DNA of 64,000 nt, from NCBI GenBank assembly GCA_965221635.1, contig OZ244902.1, forward strand, positions 214,029 to 278,028, written 5' to 3'. Below are positions 36,219 to 42,469 of the stretch, piece by piece. The stretch is from Candidatus Aldehydirespiratoraceae bacterium (GTDB lineage: Bacteria; Actinomycetota; Acidimicrobiia; Acidimicrobiales; Aldehydirespiratoraceae). Within the stretch, counting starts at the first letter, position 1. Each line of letters opens with the position of its first letter. Made by a program: the position numbers and the translations under genes. The notes under the pieces are model-generated. The model did not search any database, had not been told where the DNA came from, and was given only the letters and a program-made list of their open reading frames with translations.

Positions 36219-39200
36219 TTAGTAGGTGTCGGGGGGTTCGTCGGCGTACTGGCCGTAGCCGAGGCCGCTGACATGGGGTTCGCGGTGCAACAGGTGGCGT
36301 AGGTGGGCGATCTCGTCCTGGTTCCAGCCGAGCGCCTCGCAGACTGCCTCGTCCCACAGGCGGCGCACTTCACACTCGCCGTCACGGAACTGTGGCACGA
36401 TCATGTGCCGCGTCGCCTCCCAGCAATCTGCGAGGGTGGAGCGGATGTGATCGTTGTTCATGTCGGGTACGGAGAGTTGTGCTGCCATGCTGACGCTGTA
36501 TTGAGGAAAGGTCAGTTTTCGGCCGGGGCTGCGCATTACCAACAAGCGCCCGACGGTTGAGTTCAAAAACACTGCCAATGCGCAGGCAGTCTCGACACTC
36601 ACTCCGCTAACTGGAATCCAGCCATTTCCGACGTACTTCCTCTCCGACGCCAATGCCGTGAGCCGGGCACTGCCCGTGTCTTGACCCGACGAAACCAGGA
36701 GATGACTCGCCTTGGCAAGTATCGGAGGGCTACCCTGTTCCGTCCAACATCGATCCTCATTGGGTACCGCCTCAATGCGCTTCTGAGCTTCTTCACCCGT
36801 ACCCTTCAAGATGGGAAACGCTCCATACGATGTAGAACTTGAAGGGACGTAAGAGCCCCTCAACTCTCGTCCCGTGTCGTGGGCACAGAAACCCAAGTCC
36901 GACAGCGGTCTTAGGGCGTCGTGTTGAGCGAACGTTGCGGAGGCCTCCGCCAGGCCAGGGGAGCGCCAGATTGCGCCTGTCCAGTCTCCAACCGCCACGC
37001 GTTCAACGGGCCAATGAGACACTTCACCCCACCCATCATCGAGCTGTCCCATCTGTTTGCTGAGCAAGGCTGCGTGCAGCTTTGCAACTTCCAAGTCATT
37101 CTCAGGTAGGCGGTCGACACTGATCACCCTCGTGGGTGGTTTGCCAGCACCGCTCGAGAGCCGTCGTAACAGGATGATCGACTGGCTTGTGGATGTGTTT
37201 TGGCTCAAGTTTACATTCCCTGGCTGATGGCAAGTGAGCAACGTATGAACGTGGAACCGCTCAGCCAGAAGTCGGCGTTCTCGGATACCCGAAACGCTTG
37301 CAAGTGCAATGGTAGGACGTATCATCACAATCAGCCCGTCCGCATGGACCATACATCTGACGGCCAATGATACAAAGGATGGACCGAGAGAGCTCTTGTC
37401 TACAAATTCCGATAGTCTCTCGTCGGCTGCTACGAGTTGTTCCTCTAGCTTGTCCACACGGACTCGAAGTCCCCGCTGGATATGTTCAGGAAATTTCTCG
37501 CCCATCTTGGTGCGGTTGGTGAAGGGAGGGTTCATCATGATGATTCGGGTGCCCTGGACGGCATCTACTGCATCTTCAAGGACTGGATCACGCAGACTCG
37601 TGCGAATCGCCTGGGACTTCAGGGTCTCGTCGAACAGTCTTGTTTGGGATGGTGCCAGGATTTGCTTTTGGGTCAGGAGTTCGAGCGTTCCTGCTGCTAC
37701 GGGTGCGGCTGGGTCGTCTTGGGGGCCGTAGGGCATTTTGTGCAGGCCCATTTTGCGGTAGCGGATCGCGTGGTTGCCCTGGGTAAGTTGTGACGCGGCT
37801 AGCTGTAGCGACACTGGGTTGATGTCGAGGCCCTTGATCACGTCCTCCACCGCGAGCTTCTGCAGCTCGGCGAGTTCTTCGGGACTGGCGCCTTGCTCGC
37901 TGGCTCTTCTCTTCAAGTCGGTTAGCAGGGCGGCCAGCAGGGTGCCGCTTCCGCAGGCCAGGTCCACCGTCTTGTGTTCTCGCCACACGGCGGGATCGCG
38001 CCAGTTCTGATCTCCGCACACGTCGAGTGCGAGCTTGGCGGCGATCGACGCGGCGGGAGGGCGGGTGAAGTATGCGCCGTCGGAGGCTTGGTTGCCCATC
38101 ACCTTGTTAAACAGCGGCCCGGCGTGATCCGCGCCCATGTCGGCATAGGTGGATGCGATGTGCTCCGCTTCCGAAGCGAGGTGCCGCAGGGCTTGTTCGA
38201 GCCCGCCCAGCTTGCCGGTGTTCTGAACCGCGTACACCGCCTCACGGGCGGGTTCGATCACCGGCAGGAAATCCATCCGTGTGATGCGCTCCCAATTCTG
38301 GAGCAGTCGTGTGACCACGTTTGGGGCGTTCTTGATGTGCTCCAAGCCTTCGATGTTTGCAAGCCATTGGCCTGCGGCGATTCGCTGGTGGAGCATTGCA
38401 GCGTTCATCATCAACAGCGCGGCGATGGTGCAGCCGTCGGCCTGGTCCTTTCGTTTCTCGGAGTCGAGGTGGTCGAGCCCGAAGTGTTTGTCCAGAGCAG
38501 GCCGGAGTTGATCTTGGCGCAGGTGGTGGGCGGCCTCGGTGAGGCTCGCTTCAAGAAGGTTCAGGTCACGCGCCACACGATTTCCGGTGAGCCCCGACCT
38601 CGCCAGCAGGTTCACGGTGATGGCCTCGGTGAGGTCTTCGCCCACCATGCGCAGCATCTGTTGGGCGTGCTCTTCGCGCACCTCGGCAGCGGTCTTGCCC
38701 TTGCTGGTGGACGCCTTTGCGCGGAGCCTCTGACCGGCGCCGTTGTTCACCATCTTGCGGGCTTGCTTCTTGCTCTTCTCGACGTTCACCCGGCCTCGGG
38801 GTGCGCCGGCCTTGGGCTTGTCCCTAACCACGGTGTCCAGCCGCATTTCCAGCGATCCGTCGTCGTGCTGCTTGGCAGCGAGGATTTGCGTTGGTTCGGT
38901 TTCCTCGGTCCATTGCTCCGGGCGAATCGGGCCGATTCCCACCGCCTTGGGGGCACTCTTGCCGGTGGCAACCTTCTCAACGGCGTCTCGGGCGGTGTCG
39001 GGTGGTCCGATGTGGACGCCGTAGCGGATGCGCCCGGTTTGGGGGGACGGCACGGCCACCATCGTGGACACTTGGAGTTCGAGCTTGTCGGTGGGTGGTA
39101 GGTGGATCTCCAGCAGTCCCGCGAGGTTGTCCTCTATCCGTGAGTCGTGGGCACGCAACGCCAGCAGTATCTGACCCAGTTCCGTCCAGCCTTCATCGGG

Positions 39201-40697
39201 GCTGCTTGTTGTGAGCCACTGTTCGGGGTCGGCGTTGAGCGGGATCACAATGGGGCAAACGATGTAGCCCATCTTCTTGCCTTGCGCGGTGCGCATCGCC
39301 CTGCCCACGGCTTGCACCACATCCACCGGGCTCTTGCGCGGCTCCAGGAACGCCACCGCGCTCAACGTGGGGGAGTCGGTGCCCTCGCCGAAAATGCCCA
39401 CGTTCACAATCCCGTGAGGCTTGCTGAGCGTGGCCTCCGCCAAGCGCCGCTTGGCGTTGTCACGAGCCGACACGTTGCTGGTGGCGTCAAGGTGCTCCAA
39501 AGTGAAGTCCGCAGGCTCGGCGTTGGGCATTCGCTTGTTGAGCCAAGCCTTCACCGTGTCGGTTTGAAGGTCTGCGACCATGCCCTGCGATTTGGCCACG
39601 GTGTTCATGAACGCGATGCACGACTCCACCTGCACCCCCGCGTCCACACCAACCGTGGCGTTTGTGGCTTCGTCACCAGCATCCGGGTCGCCCATGTCCG
39701 CCGTGGTGTCGTTGTGGGGTCGGGTTCGGGTGGCGCCGGCCATCACCAACGCCAGTGCTAGGCCTCGCAGGTAGTCCACGGTGTTGAGCTTTGAACGGCC
39801 CTTGGACTTCGTTGCGCGCGCCAGGTGATTGGCCGCCTCGTAGGCGTCCGGGTCGTTGACCCCCAGCGCGATGATCCGGTAATCGGCAAGCCAGTCGTTC
39901 TCCACGGCTTCCACGTAGCTCTTGCGATACAGCTCCACACCGAATGTGGATTCGTCGTCCATTGAACGCACAAGGAAGTCCGACGGGCTCACGTGCCGCT
40001 TGGAGGTTGCTGCGTTGAAGATTCGTGGGGTTGCGGTTTGGTACACCCGGTAACGGGCAGGGAATGCCTTCTGATCGTGGCACAGAGTGAACTCCCGGAG
40101 CCTGTGCTGTTCGCCCTCCTTGCCGGTGTATTTCTTGCGTATTCCGGCAGTGCGGTGAGCCTCGTCGCACACCAGCACCTTCACGTCGCGGTTTGACTTC
40201 TGGAGCGCTTCAGCGACGCGCCCTGCGCTTTGGTAGGTGCCGAAGATCACGTTCACGCCATGATGGCCGCGGCCTTGGATGATCCATCTGGCGATCTCGC
40301 CGGGATCGGTGGTGACCTTGCCTTTCACCTCCGACGCGCTCACGTTGCTGGTATCCGCCGTGAGATCATTGGCGGCTCGTCGGCCCTCTTTCTTGGGGTC
40401 GTAGCCTGCGGTCTCGTCGGAACAAACGGCGAGTGCTCGGATGTCCCCCGCAGTCCGCTGGTTCTCGAGAAACTCCCGGCGAATCTGCGCCACCAGCGCG
40501 ATCGACGGGCAGAGAACTACCGACAGTTCTCCCCGATATGTGAGTTCCTCAATGATGCGAAGCGCGATTCGGGTCTTCCCGGTGCCGCACGGCAAGATGA
40601 TCCTGCCTCTGGCCTCACCGCGAGGCAGCCCGCCCGAGTCCGATTCGGCGTGCTCGCGCAATAGTCGAACACTTTTTTCCACCGCCTCGCGCTGCAT
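36219..40697 (-). CDS. SF2 DEAH helicase-like ATPase fused to a gamma-class N6-adenine DNA methyltransferase and a C-terminal target-recognition-like region (Type ISP-like, lacking its nuclease domain in this frame)
   Basis: Helicase motifs ILPCGTGKT, VLVCDEAHR, YQTATP, QAVGRAMR. MTase motifs VDLACGSGTLL and IIMMNPPF. The frame stays open and protein-like upstream of the ATG, back to the G10 tract. Confidence 0.85.
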   Translation of the reverse strand: MQREAVEKSVRLLREHAESDSGGLPRGEARGRIILPCGTGKTRIALRIIEELTYRGELSVVLCPSIALVAQIRREFLENQRTAGDIRALAVCSDETAGYDPKKEGRRAANDLTADTSNVSASEVKGKVTTDPGEIARWIIQGRGHHGVNVIFGTYQSAGRVAEALQKSNRDVKVLVCDEAHRTAGIRKKYTGKEGEQHRLREFTLCHDQKAFPARYRVYQTATPRIFNAATSKRHVSPSDFLVRSMDDESTFGVELYRKSYVEAVENDWLADYRIIALGVNDPDAYEAANHLARATKSKGRSKLNTVDYLRGLALALVMAGATRTRPHNDTTADMGDPDAGDEATNATVGVDAGVQVESCIAFMNTVAKSQGMVADLQTDTVKAWLNKRMPNAEPADFTLEHLDATSNVSARDNAKRRLAEATLSKPHGIVNVGIFGEGTDSPTLSAVAFLEPRKSPVDVVQAVGRAMRTAQGKKMGYIVCPIVIPLNADPEQWLTTSSPDEGWTELGQILLALRAHDSRIEDNLAGLLEIHLPPTDKLELQVSTMVAVPSPQTGRIRYGVHIGPPDTARDAVEKVATGKSAPKAVGIGPIRPEQWTEETEPTQILAAKQHDDGSLEMRLDTVVRDKPKAGAPRGRVNVEKSKKQARKMVNNGAGQRLRAKASTSKGKTAAEVREEHAQQMLRMVGEDLTEAITVNLLARSGLTGNRVARDLNLLEASLTEAAHHLRQDQLRPALDKHFGLDHLDSEKRKDQADGCTIAALLMMNAAMLHQRIAAGQWLANIEGLEHIKNAPNVVTRLLQNWERITRMDFLPVIEPAREAVYAVQNTGKLGGLEQALRHLASEAEHIASTYADMGADHAGPLFNKVMGNQASDGAYFTRPPAASIAAKLALDVCGDQNWRDPAVWREHKTVDLACGSGTLLAALLTDLKRRASEQGASPEELAELQKLAVEDVIKGLDINPVSLQLAASQLTQGNHAIRYRKMGLHKMPYGPQDDPAAPVAAGTLELLTQKQILAPSQTRLFDETLKSQAIRTSLRDPVLEDAVDAVQGTRIIMMNPPFTNRTKMGEKFPEHIQRGLRVRVDKLEEQLVAADERLSEFVDKSSLGPSFVSLAVRCMVHADGLIVMIRPTIALASVSGIRERRLLAERFHVHTLLTCHQPGNVNLSQNTSTSQSIILLRRLSSGAGKPPTRVISVDRLPENDLEVAKLHAALLSKQMGQLDDGWGEVSHWPVERVAVGDWTGAIWRSPGLAEASATFAQHDALRPLSDLGFCAHDTGRELRGSYVPSSSTSYGAFPILKGTGEEAQKRIEAVPNEDRCWTEQGSPPILAKASHLLVSSGQDTGSARLTALASERKYVGNGWIPVSGVSVETACALAVFLNSTVGRLLVMRSPGRKLTFPQYSVSMAAQLSVPDMNNDHIRSTLADCWEATRHMIVPQFRDGECEVRRLWDEAVCEALGWNQDEIAHLRHLLHREPHVSGLGYGQYADEPPDTY

Positions 40698-41301
40698 GCA
40701 TGTACGCGTGCGTGGCCCCTTTTCGCCGTGGCAATGCGGGCACTCGCCCCCCCCCCGCGGGGTTTTTCTGGGTTTCTGCCTCGGCTTGGATGCGCAGGTC
40801 AGCGTGGATGTTCACATGCTTGACAGGCATGTTTCGTTGGCTTCGCATCACGGATTCGTCGACGTTTGGACTCAACGGGTTGTTGCCGTTGGTGACCACC
40901 CAACGCTCCACCCAGTGGTCACCTGAGGACTCACTCAAGAACGTTCCGAGATCCTCATGGCGAATGGGCGCGCCCGCTCCGTCCAAATTGAGCTTGCGAG
41001 CTTTGCACTGGATGGCGATGAGTCCGCCGTCGGAGCGTCGCACGGCCACCCGGTCAATGCCCAGGTCGGCATCACTGCTGCCGGGGACGTACTGCTGACG
41101 CTGCGGCCACTCAGCCCACGACCAGCACTCCCTTACATCCCAGTCGGCGATGCAAGGCGCCACTTCGCTTGTGAGTTCCTCAAGCCACCTGCCATCGCTT
41201 GACTCGTAATTCTTCTCTTCAAGCGTCGCCAGCGCGTTCCCGATGAGATCCTCGCAACTGAGATCCATGCCCGAAAATTCGCTGTCAGTCCTGCCAATCA
41301 C
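40615..41301 (-). CDS. Mrr/PD-(D/E)xK-type restriction nuclease domain ORF, frameshifted away from the helicase-methyltransferase ORF
   Basis: DLGIDRVAVRRSDGGLIAIQCKARK (a D...QxK nuclease core). The GTG at 41301 overlaps the stop of Phd-like copy B (GTGA); the alternative ATG is at 41268. The sequence after the G10 tract is junk and stops at 40615. Confidence 0.7.
   Translation of the reverse strand: MIGRTDSEFSGMDLSCEDLIGNALATLEEKNYESSDGRWLEELTSEVAPCIADWDVRECWSWAEWPQRQQYVPGSSDADLGIDRVAVRRSDGGLIAIQCKARKLNLDGAGAPIRHEDLGTFLSESSGDHWVERWVVTNGNNPLSPNVDESVMRSQRNMPVKHVNIHADLRIQAEAETQKNPAGGGRVPALPRRKGATHAYMHAARGGGKKCSTIARARRIGLGRAASR
40747..40756 (-). repeat. G10 homopolymer (C10 on the plus strand) at the nuclease/helicase domain junction
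   Basis: The count is confirmed by three independent track translations crossing it: AGGGR, RPPPA and SPPPR. Confidence 0.9.
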
Positions 41302-41609
41302 GTCGTACCTGCGTGGCCTGCTCCGCTGACAGCGGGTTGAGCACTGTCGGGACTGGGTTCTTCTTCCGAGTCCGGATAGACGGGAGACACGATGTCGCCC
41401 AGGATCCTCATTCGGTGTCGATCGGCACCGAAGAAGGTCTTGGGGTTCGGGCCGCACGGCGCCAAGCGGGCCGTATGGCGGCCGTTCTTGGTGATGATGA
41501 TCTGCTCACCGGAGGCACCCACTTCATCCACGAGCTCCAGGCACTTGGCCGCGAACTCGGACGCCTCCACGGTGCGGGGCTCACCGGCGGTGTTTCCGCT
41601 TGGTTCCAT
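41298..41609 (-). CDS. Phd/YefM-family antitoxin-like protein, copy B, directly upstream of the nuclease ORF
   Basis: MEPSGNTAGEPRTVEASEFAAKCLELVDEVGASGEQIIITKNGRHTARLAP...ILGDIVSP. About 60-65% identical to copy A by eye. The track start at 41936 runs into coxM and is rejected. Confidence 0.75.
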   Translation of the reverse strand: MEPSGNTAGEPRTVEASEFAAKCLELVDEVGASGEQIIITKNGRHTARLAPCGPNPKTFFGADRHRMRILGDIVSPVYPDSEEEPSPDSAQPAVSGAGHAGTT

Positions 41610-41650
41610 GGCGCGCGTCTCCCAAGCTTCGGCGGGCCGGGGGTGGGCGG

Positions 41651-42469
41651 TTAGGAGACGCCGGCTGCTTCTAGGGCTCTTCCTGTTAGCACTCTGGCTA
41701 GGTGGGAGCGGTAATCGGGGTCGGCGTTGAGGTCGGATGGGGGTTCGAGGCCGTCGGCGGCGAGGGCCGCGGCGTCCGACGCTGACGCGCCCGAAGCGAG
41801 GGCTTGTTCCACGGCGGTGGCTCGCACGGGGGTTGAGCCCATGTTCACGAGGCTCACGCCGCTGCCGCCACCTGCCACCGCTACACCCACGATTGCCCAG
41901 TCCTGGGCACGGCGGTTGAACTTCTGGTAGTTCCAACCGCCGGCGGATGCGGGCACACGCACCTCGGTGATCATCTCGTCCTCGGCCAGAACCGACTCGA
42001 AATAACCGCTGAAGAAATCCGTTGCCGCTATGTCACGCGACCCGCGGGGGCCACGCGCTGTGATGGTGCCGCCAAGGGCCAACACCACCGCCGGCAGATC
42101 CGAAGCCGGGTCCGCGTGAGCGAGCGTGCCACCAAGGGTTCCCCGGTGACGCACCGCCGGGTCGCCCACCAGCGCCGCAACCGACGCCAGGATCGGGCAC
42201 GCCTCGGCCAGCAGATCCGAATGCTCCAGTTCGCTGTGACGGGTGAGCGCCCCGATGGCGATGCTGCCGTTGGATTGGCGGATGTAACGCAAGTCGTCGA
42301 GACGGCCCACGTCCACCAGCACCGACGGCGTGGCCAGCCGGTAACGCATCATCGGGATCAGGCTGTGACCCCCGGCGAGCAGTTTGGCCTCGTCACCGTG
42401 CTCGGCGAGCAACGCAACGGCGTGCTCGGCCGATTCGGCGACCTCGTAGTCGAAAGCGGCGGGAATCAC
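41651..42469 (-). CDS. FAD-binding medium subunit of a xanthine dehydrogenase/CO dehydrogenase-family molybdoenzyme (CoxM/CutM-like)
   Basis: IPAAFDYEVAESAEHAVALLAEHGDEAKLLAGGHSLIPMM. The GTG at 42469 overlaps the large-subunit stop (GTGA). Confidence 0.85.
   Translation of the reverse strand: MIPAAFDYEVAESAEHAVALLAEHGDEAKLLAGGHSLIPMMRYRLATPSVLVDVGRLDDLRYIRQSNGSIAIGALTRHSELEHSDLLAEACPILASVAALVGDPAVRHRGTLGGTLAHADPASDLPAVVLALGGTITARGPRGSRDIAATDFFSGYFESVLAEDEMITEVRVPASAGGWNYQKFNRRAQDWAIVGVAVAGGGSGVSLVNMGSTPVRATAVEQALASGASASDAAALAADGLEPPSDLNADPDYRSHLARVLTGRALEAAGVS

Noticed and set aside
35882-36219. A small hydrophobic-tailed ORF (...REVAGIAIGVTGLCCRLLVGAS) downstream of the R-M gene, and plus-strand ORF 35877..36302.
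   Set aside because: There is no RBS or convincing start, the composition is Pro/Thr/Arg-rich, and the ORFs overlap each other. I treat this as a non-coding convergent spacer.
41610-41936. Long form of Phd-like copy B (track start at 41936, 212 aa).
   Set aside because: The upstream part is Arg/Pro-rich and runs antisense-independent through the coxM 3' end. Homology to copy A begins at the Met at 41609.
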